The notes beneath the pieces were generated by a model. That model had not been told where the DNA came from and did no database searches. It saw nothing but the letters and a program-made list of their open reading frames with translations. Positions 42,886-52,918 of a stretch of 64,000 bases of DNA are shown here, in pieces. The position numbers were made by a program, and so were the translations under genes. Positions within the stretch are counted from its first letter, which is position 1; each line of letters begins with the position of its first letter. Where the stretch lies: NCBI GenBank assembly GCA_942492905.1, contig OW818657.1, forward strand, positions 3,456,022 through 3,520,021, read 5' to 3'. The stretch comes from an uncultured Verrucomicrobiota bacterium (GTDB lineage: Bacteria; Verrucomicrobiota; Verrucomicrobiia; Verrucomicrobiales; V1-33).

Positions 42886-45000
42886 GTGAAAATCCAGCCC
42901 AGCCTGCTCCTCACCCATTTTTGCATCCTTTTGGCCACTGCGGGGGTGGTGGACGCCCAGTCTCCCCAGCCCCGCTTCGGGTATGGCAGTGTGCCGGGCG
43001 GAGCTTACGTGATCCCTGCTCCCAAAAAAATCACCTCACCGACGGCAGTTGCGAAACCAAAACCGAAGCCCACTCCGGTCTCTTCTCCCACGAAACCCAA
43101 GGTAGCCGCGGTCACCAAAACCAGCGCCAAACCGGCACCGTCCAAACCGGCACCGTCCAAACCGGCACCGTCCAAACCGACTGCGGCTAAAACTGCCACT
43201 GCCAAAACGGTTACCAAACCACCGGTCACCAAACCCGGCAGTCCCAAGTCGACAACCAAGGCCGTGGTTTCCACCAAAACGAAGACCGCCCCGGCTCCCG
43301 CCAAGCCAGCGCCCAAAACGCAGCTGGCCAAAACCATTCCTTCCACCTCCCGGAGCAAGTCCCCCGCGCTTTCCGAAAAAACGGCCCCGAAACCCGTTAT
43401 CGTCGCCCGTAAGGCCACCTCCGTGCCTTCCGTGGCCAGCAAACCCGCACCCATCGCTTCGAGGAAAGTCCCCACCACCACCGTCGTGGTGGCAGCGGCG
43501 ACCGCGGCGACCCATTCCGGCCTGCCGGACCTCACCCAACCGGTTGCCAACGATGGTTTCCATTTCTTCGGTGCTCCGGTGCAGGTTCCAGAAATCGCTC
43601 CGGCCCCGACCGGACTCAAAGCTGCTGATTCCCGCCATTTTGTGGACGTGATGGCCGCGCGGCATTCCTTGGAAAAGGCGGCTCCCCTTCCTCCAGTGCC
43701 CCCGGCTGCCCGGCCAGTGCAAACCGCTTTCGTTCCCGCCATCGCCCCCCGCGCCGCAGAAGGCCACAAGTTCCAACCCGCCGAAAGTGCCCGGGAAACC
43801 ACCCCCACTGCCGCAAAACCCGCCGGTTATTCCTTGACCACCCGCAGCACGGGTTCCAGCGACCCGTCGGATACGTTTGCTGAAGTCCAGCCCGCCACCC
43901 GGGGCGCCAACGGCATCGTCGCCTCCCACGCGGTGCCTGCCCCCGAGATTGCTCCCCAGCCGCTCGCCATCCAGGATTTCCAGCCTTCCGACCCACTTCC
44001 TAACACCACATCTGTCGACATCTCGGAAGAACCTACCTTCTCACGCACCATTCCCGCCAGTCTGAGTTTGGCGGTCAACTCCCCGGCCTTGGAATCGGCA
44101 CCGGAAGCAACTCAGTTGGACGAACCGGCGCTTCCCGCCCCGGAACTCACCGACAGCACGCCACCGGAAGCGATCCAACCCGAAACCGAACCTGCTGCTG
44201 AGATCGAACCGCCCCTTCCAGCCAAAGCTGCCCCTCCCGTCGACTCCCCGATAGAAGAGGAAATCGCCAAAACAGCTGACGAAAACGACCTCTCTGACCG
44301 CGAACGCGCCTTCGTCCGCTCCCTCGCGGAAGCGGCTGGCAACGTCACCACCGCCAGCGGCCAGCTGAATACCGAGCTGCCCTCCACCATCGCCACCGCT
44401 GCGGCCGCGGTGATTGACCAAATCCCCGCGGAAACGGTCTCCACCTTCCGCAGTGTCGCGGCCACCGCCAAAAAGGCGGCTAAAAAAACCGTGACCGATC
44501 TCGCTCCTGAACTGCCCTTGGAGATCAGCAACGACCTCATGCCTGCCACGCCGGAAAAAATGCCGGACCGTCTGCCTGACTTCAATGCCCCTGCCAGTGG
44601 CAAAATCGACGTCCAGTCCGACCGGCAGGCGGATTATGACCAGGCCAATAACAAAGTCATCTTCACCGGCAAAGTCGAACTCAACAGCGCCGCCATGAGG
44701 CTCCGGGCCGAACGGGTCGAGGTTTTCATGAAAAAAGGCGGCGGCGGCATGGAACGGGTCGAAGCCACCGGCAACGTCCTGATGCGCACTCAGGACACCG
44801 CCAACGGCCCCGGCCAGATGGCCAGTGCCGGCCGTGCCAGCTACAATCTTAAAACCGGCGAAATCACCCTCTCCGATTGGCCGAAGATCCAGGAAACCGG
44901 CAAGGCCCACATCTCCACGGATCCGTCCACCAAAATGTATATGTTTACGGATGGCCGCCTCCGCACCGATGGCCCGAACCGCACCATTATTGGCGGGTAG
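42886..45000 (+). CDS. LptA/OstA-domain protein with a ~550-aa Pro/Ala/Lys/Thr-rich low-complexity N-terminal region
   Basis: Signal peptide, long P/A/K/T/S-rich tract, then an OstA-like beta-jellyroll (IDVQSDRQADYDQANNKVIFTGKVELNSAAMRLRAERVEVFM..VEATGNVLMRTQD..ASAGRASYNLKTGEITLSDWPKI). It is followed by kdsD, as in LPS-transport clusters. Confidence 0.65.
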   Translation: MKIQPSLLLTHFCILLATAGVVDAQSPQPRFGYGSVPGGAYVIPAPKKITSPTAVAKPKPKPTPVSSPTKPKVAAVTKTSAKPAPSKPAPSKPAPSKPTAAKTATAKTVTKPPVTKPGSPKSTTKAVVSTKTKTAPAPAKPAPKTQLAKTIPSTSRSKSPALSEKTAPKPVIVARKATSVPSVASKPAPIASRKVPTTTVVVAAATAATHSGLPDLTQPVANDGFHFFGAPVQVPEIAPAPTGLKAADSRHFVDVMAARHSLEKAAPLPPVPPAARPVQTAFVPAIAPRAAEGHKFQPAESARETTPTAAKPAGYSLTTRSTGSSDPSDTFAEVQPATRGANGIVASHAVPAPEIAPQPLAIQDFQPSDPLPNTTSVDISEEPTFSRTIPASLSLAVNSPALESAPEATQLDEPALPAPELTDSTPPEAIQPETEPAAEIEPPLPAKAAPPVDSPIEEEIAKTADENDLSDRERAFVRSLAEAAGNVTTASGQLNTELPSTIATAAAAVIDQIPAETVSTFRSVAATAKKAAKKTVTDLAPELPLEISNDLMPATPEKMPDRLPDFNAPASGKIDVQSDRQADYDQANNKVIFTGKVELNSAAMRLRAERVEVFMKKGGGGMERVEATGNVLMRTQDTANGPGQMASAGRASYNLKTGEITLSDWPKIQETGKAHISTDPSTKMYMFTDGRLRTDGPNRTIIGG
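43129..43173 (+). repeat. perfect 15-bp x3 tandem repeat (aaaccggcaccgtcc) encoding (KPAPS)3
   Basis: Read directly. A fourth, degenerate unit follows. Confidence 0.9.
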
Positions 45001-45254
45001 CCAGCCCGCGCCGCCTGCTGAGCGGCCAGTGCCCCCGGCAAGATCTAATCCCTATAGTCTGCCATAGCCTGTGGGTTCAAGCTCCCAAGGCGACTCCCGT
45101 CCACCGGCCCTGAACCCGGTTCATCGAATGCACCCTGTTGGATTTGGCCGTCCAAGCTTCCCGCTTGGCCATGTTTGAATCCCATGAATCTTAGTGCAGC
45201 GGAGACGCTACCCGCCTTCTCCCCCTGCATCATTTACCCTGCTTCATACCGCCC

Positions 45255-46226
45255 GTGGATTACCTCACCAAAGCCCGCACCGTGATCGACCTCGAAATCG
45301 CCGAGGTTCAACGTCTGTCCGGGCGGATTGGCCAGTCGTTCATTGATGCCGTGGAACTCCTCCGTTCCACCGTCAGCGCCGGCCGGAAAATCGTCATCTG
45401 CGGCGTGGGCAAATCCGGCAACATCGCCAACAAAATCGCCGCCACCCTCAACAGCACCGGCTCCCCCACCGTGGTCCTCAATGCCCAGGACGCCCTCCAT
45501 GGCGATCTCGGACTGGTGGCCCCCGGCGATGTCATCCTCACGCTCAGCTACAGCGGCGAGACCGATGAAATCCTCAATCTCCTGCCTCACCTCAAGCGCC
45601 AGCAGTGCCGCCTGATCGCCCTCACCGGCGGCCTCCAGAGCACCCTCGCCCAGGCCGCCGATCTGGTCCTCGACGTCAGCGTCCAGCGCGAAGCCTGCCC
45701 GCTCAATCTCGCCCCCACCAGCAGCAGCACGGTCATGCTGGTCCTAGGCGATGCCCTCGCCATGGTCCTGCTCGAAGCCCGCGGGTTCCAGTCCGGCGAC
45801 TTCGCCCTGCTCCACCCCGGCGGCAGTCTCGGCCGTGCCCTCCTCACGCTCGTTTCCGACATCATGCGCACCGGCGACCGGCTTCCCCTCGTGGCCCCGG
45901 ATGCCACCGTCCGCGAAGCCATCCGCACCATGGGTAGTTGCCGCGCCGGCTGCGTCATCCTGACAAATCCTGACAACACCCTTGCCGGCATCTTCACCCA
46001 GGGCGACTTCGCCCGGGCCTTCGAGACCAATCCCAATCTGGCCGGCGAACCGGTCCGTCAATTCATGACCCCCGGCCCGATCACCATCCAGGCCAGCAAA
46101 CTCGCCGCCGAGCTTCTCAATCTCCTTGAACGCCATCCCGTGGACGAACTGGTGGTCCTCAATCAGGAAAACCATCCGGTCGGTCTGGTGGACACCCAGG
46201 ATCTCAGCCGGCACCGCATCCTTTAA
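45255..46226 (+). CDS. kdsD: KpsF/GutQ-family arabinose-5-phosphate isomerase (SIS + tandem CBS)
   Basis: GRKIVICGVGKSGNIANKIAATLNSTG, SYSGETDE, then two CBS-like repeats. GTG start. Confidence 0.9.
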   Translation: MDYLTKARTVIDLEIAEVQRLSGRIGQSFIDAVELLRSTVSAGRKIVICGVGKSGNIANKIAATLNSTGSPTVVLNAQDALHGDLGLVAPGDVILTLSYSGETDEILNLLPHLKRQQCRLIALTGGLQSTLAQAADLVLDVSVQREACPLNLAPTSSSTVMLVLGDALAMVLLEARGFQSGDFALLHPGGSLGRALLTLVSDIMRTGDRLPLVAPDATVREAIRTMGSCRAGCVILTNPDNTLAGIFTQGDFARAFETNPNLAGEPVRQFMTPGPITIQASKLAAELLNLLERHPVDELVVLNQENHPVGLVDTQDLSRHRIL

Positions 46227-46290
46227 CACTTGGCCACAGTGAAACCCGGCGCCCAGACAGTCCGGTCACTTCCAGCCAACTCCCTTGGAT

Positions 46291-49200
46291 TTATGGCTTC
46301 GATGCTTTCACGCGGAGGAATTGCAAAGATTTGACGGGATCAATCATGACCCTGCAACGGTAGGCTATGGAGCCGGCGATCACCGCAGCCGCCGGATCCA
46401 CCTCATCAATGATGCCGTCCCCCGTCCAAGCATCGGGAGGGAAGAGCTGCGGGAGATAGATGACCCCGGCGGCCCCGCGATCCGCCCAGCGGCGGTAGCT
46501 CAGGGTCAGCCAGAACTGGCCACCAATGGAGACAAGACCACCACTTTGGGGGGCTGGGCTGACCGCGATGGGGTCGCCGTGGAATGCGAATTCAAAAAAA
46601 TTGGTCTGGCCATCCCCGTCAGGATCCGCGGCCGGCAGGGCAGCGGCTCCCGTCAGGCCTGACATCGCGGCCCAGTCCGCAAAAGCCTGCGCCTCCGCGG
46701 CGGCCGTAGTAAACATCCTATCCTCCCCCGGGGTCGTGCCATTCCCATTTGCCGCCACCAGACGATAATGATAAGTGGTCTCCGGGAGCAATCCGGCAAT
46801 ACTGGCGGTCACCCCGCTGTAGACCTGGCCTGCGGGGAAGGTTTGCACAGCAGAGAGTTGTCCGTAGCTGGTGGTCCCGCCATATTCAAAGCGTGCCGTG
46901 GTGCTGAAGCCGACGGGATTCACCACGCCATTCAGCAGCGCGGTCGTCTGTCCTACCGGGGCGGCCGGTTTGGTGAGGGCGAACGGGGCGGAGGGCACGC
47001 TGGCGGGAAAGGAGGCACGGAAGATGCCGTTGGTTTGGAAGTTACCGACCTGCGCCCCAAAAACGACTTCCCCGCGGCTGCTCAACACTCTGGGCAGACC
47101 ATCCTCTCCTCCACTGCCACTGCCAGCCTCGACCAGCACAAAGTCCAGGAGCGTTTTCATCGCCCCACCGCCGACGTCGAGCGAATCACCGAGGCGTGCG
47201 ATGAGTTTGGGCTCTCCGGCAGCGTTGGTCATCCAAAGGCCCCGGTTATTGCGGTTGGCATCCTCCACCCCCGGGCCGGAAAGATAGGATTGGAACACGA
47301 TCTGTCCGGCCCCATTCATGGCAAAACCGAAGAAGGGCGTGCCAAAATCACTGCTGTCGAAAACAACGCCCGCAGGCAGCCCCGGGGCCTGTTGGCCCTC
47401 GCGGGCGATGAGGAGCTTGGTCCCGCCGCCCGCCCCTGGAGTCCAGCGCCAGATGCTCTGGGAAAATGTGATTCCGCCGTAAGCAGCGAAGGCGACCTGC
47501 CCCGTTCCGTTAATGATAGGCGGAGGCCCGGCATCCACCAGCGACGAAAACTGGAACCCGCCCGCCGTCTGCCCTTCCCTGGCAACCAACGTCAGCGCCC
47601 CGGGCAGGCCGGCAAAGATGGCGTCGTCATTGGAGCTGTCCACGCCCGTTCCCTTCAGCCGGTTGGCGAAGGCAATCTGCCCCGCTCCATTGATCCGCAT
47701 GGCGTAGCCTCGCCCATTTTCCCAACTCCCGAATTGCGCGCCCGCGCCGGCACCCGGAGCGGCATCGCTTTCAGCGATGACACGTTGTGCACCAGCCGAG
47801 GTGCCCAGCCAGACTCCTTCGTCATTGGCGCTGGTGATTCCCGCGCCCGTCAGATTGGCGAGGAATCCCACGGTGCCCGCGTTGTTCAGGACGACCTGAG
47901 CGCTGAGTACCTGGATATTCACTCCTGTCGCCAGCCCCGGAGCCTGCTGCCCCGCGAAGAGCACAGGCGTGAGGACGCCCGGCGCGCCAAGATAAACTCC
48001 TGACGGTTTTTGAGGATCATTGGTGCCATGTTTGAAAGCAGCAAGACCGGAGTCGTTGATGGACACCGCAAAGTTCTGGGCAAATGTGCCGCTGGTGCCC
48101 GGGGCCGGCAAGCCCTCCTGCGCCAAGACCTGCACAGCGCCCAGTGGCCCGGTGAGGCAGCCGTTGTTTAGATTGTTATCAAAGGAAAGATTATTGGAGA
48201 TCATTGCCGCGAAGCCGGAGTCATTCAGGTTTTTTGCCCCTGCATTGAGGTGGAAGATATCCAATCTGTCCCGCGTCCCGCCAAAAGCCCCGCCGAAATC
48301 CAGCAAACCCCCGGTACTATTCTGCACTCCGCCATCGAAGGCGACCTCGCCGGAATCGTTCAGCACCGGGAGACCGCCCGTACTGAAAAATACCTCACCC
48401 GGAAAACCAGTCGCCCGGTCTCCTTTCAGCATGATCTTTTCCAAGATGACGCTCCCGGCGGGGGCGACCGTGAGCACGGTTTCGGCGCTGGTGACCGCGC
48501 CGTCGGCGTTGGTCAGCTGCACACGATAACGTCCGGCCTGAGTCACTGCAACATTGGTTAAAGTCAGGGTGGGCGTGACCACACCGAGCGGCGAAAACCC
48601 GGTTGCACCCGCCGGTTGAAACTCCCAGGCATAACTGAGCGGGCCGAGTCCATCCGCCCCCACGCTGAACTGGGGCGAAGTGCCGGCACCTGCACTCTGG
48701 GAAACCGGCGGCGTGACGATCACCGGTGGCAATGTCAGGGTGGCCGGGGCGCTTTCGAGCGATCCGTGCACATTCGTCACCACCACGGTGTAGCTGCCGC
48801 GATCCCCCGCGGCCAGTGCGTCCAGCGACAAAACCGGTCCGGTTTCACCAGTCAGGATCGTGGTGCCGCGCTTCCATTGATAGGTGGCCGGCCGCGTGCC
48901 AAGGGCTGTCACTTGAAACTCCACCCTCCCTCCCGGCACCCCACCGGCACTCGCAGGCTGCCCTGTGGTGGGAATCACGGGGGCGCTGGTGCCGGGAGTC
49001 GCCACAAAGATTGCGTCCGGCCCAGGGAAGGCCGGGCTGCTGGCCGCCCCGCCCCACAGCCCACGGAAGGCGATCCGGCCCTGAGCATCGAAGGACACCT
49101 GCCGGCCATCGCCATTTCCGGCGGGCCCCCCGGATCCTGGCAACACCCCGAACGAGGGAAGCGGGTTCGATCCCAGCACCGGGAAACCGGTGCGCACGAT

Positions 49201-50496
49201 CAGCCGCAGCACCCCGGTTTCATCCGTGGCGTAGAGCACGCTGGATTGACCGTTGGGGGCATTCTCCAGATCGGCCCGGAATGCCACCTGCCCCGAGTCG
49301 CTAATGGTCAGCGGAGTCAGGTATTGGAAAAACTGCGCGGTCCCCGGCGCGGTCACGCCTACTCGGGCGATCAGCCGCAGCTGCCCCGGACGGCCGGCCC
49401 AGATGCCTTCTGTGGTCACCTGCGCCGCCGTTTGGGCCTGTCCCAAAAACATGACCTCCCCGGAGGCATTGAGGGCAGGATCAGACAAAGCCACGAACTT
49501 CGTCCCCAGCTCGGTATCCGGCGCGGGGAACCCCGTGCGCGCCACCAGCCTCAACTGGCCCCGCGGACCAGCATAGATCGCGTCACCGGTCCCCAGCGGA
49601 TTTGGCCCAGCGGTATAGATCCGGCTGCGGAATGCCACCGCCCCACCCGCATTAAAACCGAACGAACCGGCACCCGGCTGAAGGTAAATGTCACCTTCCG
49701 TCTCCGGTGCCCGGTCGCCGGTGCGCGCGATGACTTTGAGCGCACCCGGCTTGCCGGCATAGAGCACCACCATGCTGGACCCCTCGGATCGTTCCGGAGC
49801 AACGGGCTCCGAGGTCGTTGTATAAAAGGCAATCTCCCCGGCGCTGTTGAGGAGAGGCTTCACGTGAATGCTGCGATACTCCGCACCAGCGGGAGAGTCC
49901 GCCGCGGGCGACCCGGTGCGCGCCACCAACTCCAAGGCATCCGGCAGTCCCATCCAGAGTCCAGCCTGGGACCCCGGCGGCGCCCCTTGGATCAAGGCCC
50001 CGAAGGCCACTTTGCCTTGATCGCTGAAACCCGAAATCGGCGCGTTTTGGCTAAGATTGAAATTCCCGTTCGTCCCGGGAGCGGGAGAATCGTCTGCCGC
50101 GATCAGGGCAGGCGACCCCGTCGCATTGGTCCACATTCCTTCCTGGTCCGCGCGGCCGGAAAAGGCCACTTTTCCGTTCCCATTGACAAACACCCCTCCC
50201 ACACTGCTGAAGGGACTCACACTGCCCGGAGCCGGGTCGCCAGCCCCTACGGTATGCATGCCATTGACGAAGAGGACCAACGGCAGGCTGAAGCCAACCT
50301 TTATCGTGCCCCGATAGGCCGCGATGCCCCCGCTCAGGGCCGGCTCGGAGAGCGCCACCACCGAATCGTCCGCGATCCCGGTGATATTCCGCAGCGTCGC
50401 AGCGCGGAGAGTGGTCGTGAAATCCGCCTGCGCCGGCCAAGGCACCGCAAGCAGCAACGGGAGAAGGACGGACCGGGAGATGGGTGATAAAGGCAT
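46291..50496 (-). CDS. giant secreted NxxGxxAF tandem-repeat ('choice-of-anchor' type) protein (1401 aa) with two Ig-like domains, an Fn3-like domain and a conserved C-terminal tail
   Basis: Signal peptide MPLSPISRSVLLPLLLAVPWPAQA. About 14 repeats with N..G..AF (VNGNGKVAF, LNSAGEIAF, ISDSGQVAF, INGAGQIAF, INGTGQVAF..). An Ig pair around 48470..48990 (YQWKRG..GSYTVVVTN; YAWEF..GRYRVQLTN). Fn3-like ARFEYGGTTSYG..YHYRLVAANGNG. Tail DPDGDGQTNFFEFA..LQFLRVKASKP. Confidence 0.85.
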   Translation of the reverse strand: MPLSPISRSVLLPLLLAVPWPAQADFTTTLRAATLRNITGIADDSVVALSEPALSGGIAAYRGTIKVGFSLPLVLFVNGMHTVGAGDPAPGSVSPFSSVGGVFVNGNGKVAFSGRADQEGMWTNATGSPALIAADDSPAPGTNGNFNLSQNAPISGFSDQGKVAFGALIQGAPPGSQAGLWMGLPDALELVARTGSPAADSPAGAEYRSIHVKPLLNSAGEIAFYTTTSEPVAPERSEGSSMVVLYAGKPGALKVIARTGDRAPETEGDIYLQPGAGSFGFNAGGAVAFRSRIYTAGPNPLGTGDAIYAGPRGQLRLVARTGFPAPDTELGTKFVALSDPALNASGEVMFLGQAQTAAQVTTEGIWAGRPGQLRLIARVGVTAPGTAQFFQYLTPLTISDSGQVAFRADLENAPNGQSSVLYATDETGVLRLIVRTGFPVLGSNPLPSFGVLPGSGGPAGNGDGRQVSFDAQGRIAFRGLWGGAASSPAFPGPDAIFVATPGTSAPVIPTTGQPASAGGVPGGRVEFQVTALGTRPATYQWKRGTTILTGETGPVLSLDALAAGDRGSYTVVVTNVHGSLESAPATLTLPPVIVTPPVSQSAGAGTSPQFSVGADGLGPLSYAWEFQPAGATGFSPLGVVTPTLTLTNVAVTQAGRYRVQLTNADGAVTSAETVLTVAPAGSVILEKIMLKGDRATGFPGEVFFSTGGLPVLNDSGEVAFDGGVQNSTGGLLDFGGAFGGTRDRLDIFHLNAGAKNLNDSGFAAMISNNLSFDNNLNNGCLTGPLGAVQVLAQEGLPAPGTSGTFAQNFAVSINDSGLAAFKHGTNDPQKPSGVYLGAPGVLTPVLFAGQQAPGLATGVNIQVLSAQVVLNNAGTVGFLANLTGAGITSANDEGVWLGTSAGAQRVIAESDAAPGAGAGAQFGSWENGRGYAMRINGAGQIAFANRLKGTGVDSSNDDAIFAGLPGALTLVAREGQTAGGFQFSSLVDAGPPPIINGTGQVAFAAYGGITFSQSIWRWTPGAGGGTKLLIAREGQQAPGLPAGVVFDSSDFGTPFFGFAMNGAGQIVFQSYLSGPGVEDANRNNRGLWMTNAAGEPKLIARLGDSLDVGGGAMKTLLDFVLVEAGSGSGGEDGLPRVLSSRGEVVFGAQVGNFQTNGIFRASFPASVPSAPFALTKPAAPVGQTTALLNGVVNPVGFSTTARFEYGGTTSYGQLSAVQTFPAGQVYSGVTASIAGLLPETTYHYRLVAANGNGTTPGEDRMFTTAAAEAQAFADWAAMSGLTGAAALPAADPDGDGQTNFFEFAFHGDPIAVSPAPQSGGLVSIGGQFWLTLSYRRWADRGAAGVIYLPQLFPPDAWTGDGIIDEVDPAAAVIAGSIAYRCRVMIDPVKSLQFLRVKASKP

Positions 50497-50669
50497 GGAT
50501 GGCGGGATTCTGGATGGCTGGTTGCCAGTATCTGCGACACCTGCCCGCCCGCGTTATGGAAAATGTGGATTTGCCCATATTCCGTGCGGGATCAATCCGG
50601 ATCGCCGTCTGTGATCCCCAGCCATTGGAAACCGCCTCACCCTTCGCCGCGAAGGGCGTCCTGATCTTC

Positions 50670-52781
50670 CTAACGCACCGACTCCTTTTCCGGGAGGGAG
50701 TTCTTCGTAAGAGGCAATTCGGCCAATCCCGCGTTGGCAGCGGCTTCACGGCGGCGGAACTCCACCGCTTTCACTGTATCACCATTACCTTCCAAGGCCT
50801 GCGCCATCGTCCTGAGACACCAACTCAAGTGATTCAGCGCCCCCTTGTGGCCAGGCGATGCGGCGGTTTGCTGCTCTGCCAAGCGGATGGCATCGGACAG
50901 CAGGGGAACCGCCTCAGCAGGCCGCCCGCACTTTACCAAAGCGACCCCCATGCGGAAGGCACTGTAGGAATACATGGGATCGTCCTTCCCATAGCGCTGC
51001 TTCACAAATCCATGCCACGCGGTGAAGTGGTCCAGCATTCTGGGATAGTCCTGCCGCGTCTCTGCGAGCGAACCCAGGGAAATTTCGAGATCCGCCAGTT
51101 CTGCTGTCAGGGTGGCATCCCCTGGATGCGCCCTCGACAATTCCGTCAGGATCCGCTGGGCTTCCTGGTATTCCCTTCCGCATTCCTCCAGTTGATCAAG
51201 ATAACCCAGAGCATTGCCCACGGCCCGGTGGGCCCGGGCCCTGGCCCGCCCGGTGGCCGCATCCGGTGTCAGGCCCTCTACCTCCCGGGCCTCCTTGAGC
51301 ATTAGCCGGGCATCTTCGAGTGCTCCCGGATACTGATTGATGGCCATCCGGTGCTCGGAGCGGTCCTGAAACGCAGCAATGACGCGCAGCCCTCGCGACG
51401 TATCGCGGGGCGCGGCGTCCCGGGCCGCTTCTGTCAGGGCGATGGCTTCGGTGTAAAGGGCATCGGCCTCCTTCCCGAGGCCGCGCACTCCGATCACATC
51501 GCCTTTGACCACCAGCACGTCTGCCAATTGCAGAGCCGCGTCGGCGGAGTGCCCTGCGGCGGCAAGTTTTTCCCGGTAATGCAACACGGCGCGTTCCAGC
51601 ACTGAATCCATCGCCTCCAAATTCCCCGTTGGCTCCAGCCGCTGGCGTAGATCGGTCAGGAGAAACCGGATCAGGCTATCCGTTTTTGCTTCGGCAGCGA
51701 CGGCTTCCATCCGGCGCTGATTGGCTTCGCGCTTCGCCCACAAGGCATACACCGTACTGCCTCCTGTGATCACAGCAATACTGGCAAGGATGGCCAGCGC
51801 ACGCGCCCGGCGGCCGGCCTTGCGGCGCAGATCACGCTCGCGATTGGCCTGCTGCAGGCGGCGGTCGGCAGCTTGCCGCAGGGCTTCCTGGAATTCCCCG
51901 GCCGAACGATAACGCCGGGCTGGATCACTTTGCAGAGCCCGCAAAACCACCCCATCGAAGGCCGGATCAATCTCCGGATTCCTCACCGAGGGCGGATCGA
52001 AGACCCCACGGGGCAATTCGCCGGTCAGCAACTCATACGCCAGCACCCCCAGGCTGTAAAGATCACTGGCAGGACTGATGGGTCCGCCCGCCAACTGCTC
52101 CGGCGCCGAATATTCCATGGTGCCCATGGTGGTGCCTCCCAGCGTCAGGCGGGACATTGCCAGATGTTTTTCGGAAAGCAGCGCCAACCCAAAATCCGCC
52201 AGACGCGGGCGGCCAGCCTGAGTCAGCAGAATATTCGATGGTTTGATATCGCGGTGAATGATTCCCCGGGCGTGGGCAGCTTCCACGGCTCCGCAAACGG
52301 TGATCAAAAGTGGCAGACTTTCCTCCACAGGCAGAGGCCCGCGTGCGATGCGATGCGCAAGATCCTCCCCATCCACCCATTCCATCACATAGTAGAGATG
52401 TCCCGCCACCGTCTCTCCTGTGTCAAACACCGCGACAATATCCGGATGCGCCAGGCCCGCTGTGGTCATTGCCTCGCGGCGGAAGCGCTCCGCAAAACCC
52501 GGTTCGTCCCCCAGTTGCACGGGTAACACCTTGATCGCTACCGGACGCTCCAGCTTTTTATGCACCGCCCGGTAGACTGCCCCCATGCCACCGCGGCCGA
52601 TCATCCCCAATAATTCATATTCCGGCAGCAATGGGGCCAGTTCATCCGTCGACGGAACCGGACACAGCCCGGCCTGGGACTTAGCCAAGGTTGCCGGTCC
52701 CATCGCCAACTCCATGACCCGGCCAGGATCCAATCCCTGCAGACGACCGGACCCGGAAGATACAGCAACGACATCGGACAT
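50670..52781 (-). CDS. membrane Ser/Thr protein kinase with C-terminal TPR-like domain
   Basis: Hanks kinase motifs GRGGMGAVYRA, AIKVL, HRDIKPSNILL, DFGLA, SAPE. One TM segment ALAILASIAVITGGSTVYALWA. Helical TPR-like repeats follow. Start uncertain (52781 MSDVV, or 52715/52817). Confidence 0.9.
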   Translation of the reverse strand: MSDVVAVSSGSGRLQGLDPGRVMELAMGPATLAKSQAGLCPVPSTDELAPLLPEYELLGMIGRGGMGAVYRAVHKKLERPVAIKVLPVQLGDEPGFAERFRREAMTTAGLAHPDIVAVFDTGETVAGHLYYVMEWVDGEDLAHRIARGPLPVEESLPLLITVCGAVEAAHARGIIHRDIKPSNILLTQAGRPRLADFGLALLSEKHLAMSRLTLGGTTMGTMEYSAPEQLAGGPISPASDLYSLGVLAYELLTGELPRGVFDPPSVRNPEIDPAFDGVVLRALQSDPARRYRSAGEFQEALRQAADRRLQQANRERDLRRKAGRRARALAILASIAVITGGSTVYALWAKREANQRRMEAVAAEAKTDSLIRFLLTDLRQRLEPTGNLEAMDSVLERAVLHYREKLAAAGHSADAALQLADVLVVKGDVIGVRGLGKEADALYTEAIALTEAARDAAPRDTSRGLRVIAAFQDRSEHRMAINQYPGALEDARLMLKEAREVEGLTPDAATGRARARAHRAVGNALGYLDQLEECGREYQEAQRILTELSRAHPGDATLTAELADLEISLGSLAETRQDYPRMLDHFTAWHGFVKQRYGKDDPMYSYSAFRMGVALVKCGRPAEAVPLLSDAIRLAEQQTAASPGHKGALNHLSWCLRTMAQALEGNGDTVKAVEFRRREAAANAGLAELPLTKNSLPEKESVR

Positions 52782-52918
52782 AAACGTAATAGGACAGAGA
52801 CCTTGCCGGAGTAGCAACCTGATTTGTGCAGAGAGTTATTCTGGCATCCCCTGGCCTGCTGAAACAATGAATGATCTTGAAATGGACAGGATTTCTCCTG
52901 CCTATATGTTGGGCCCCC

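Noticed and set aside
45061-45100. tRNA-like T-arm sequence (gtGGGTTCAAGCTCCCAagg) downstream of the LptA-like gene
   Set aside because: No matching acceptor stem, D-arm or anticodon arm could be built from the about 75 nt upstream. It is at most a fragment or a chance match.
50552-50584. Possible shared ECF-type promoter: CGGAA[AT]..C[GA]TAAC upstream of both giant minus-strand genes (also at 60762..60787)
   Set aside because: The spacer between the two half-motifs differs (20 nt versus 14 nt). Neither matches the usual 16-17-nt ECF spacing, and two sites are too few to call a motif.
50638-50654. Hairpin CCCTTC-gccgc-GAAGGG just after the kinase stop codon
   Set aside because: The stem is short and no U-tract follows on the transcribed (minus) strand. 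It is not convincing as a terminator, which leaves read-through into the downstream giant gene possible.
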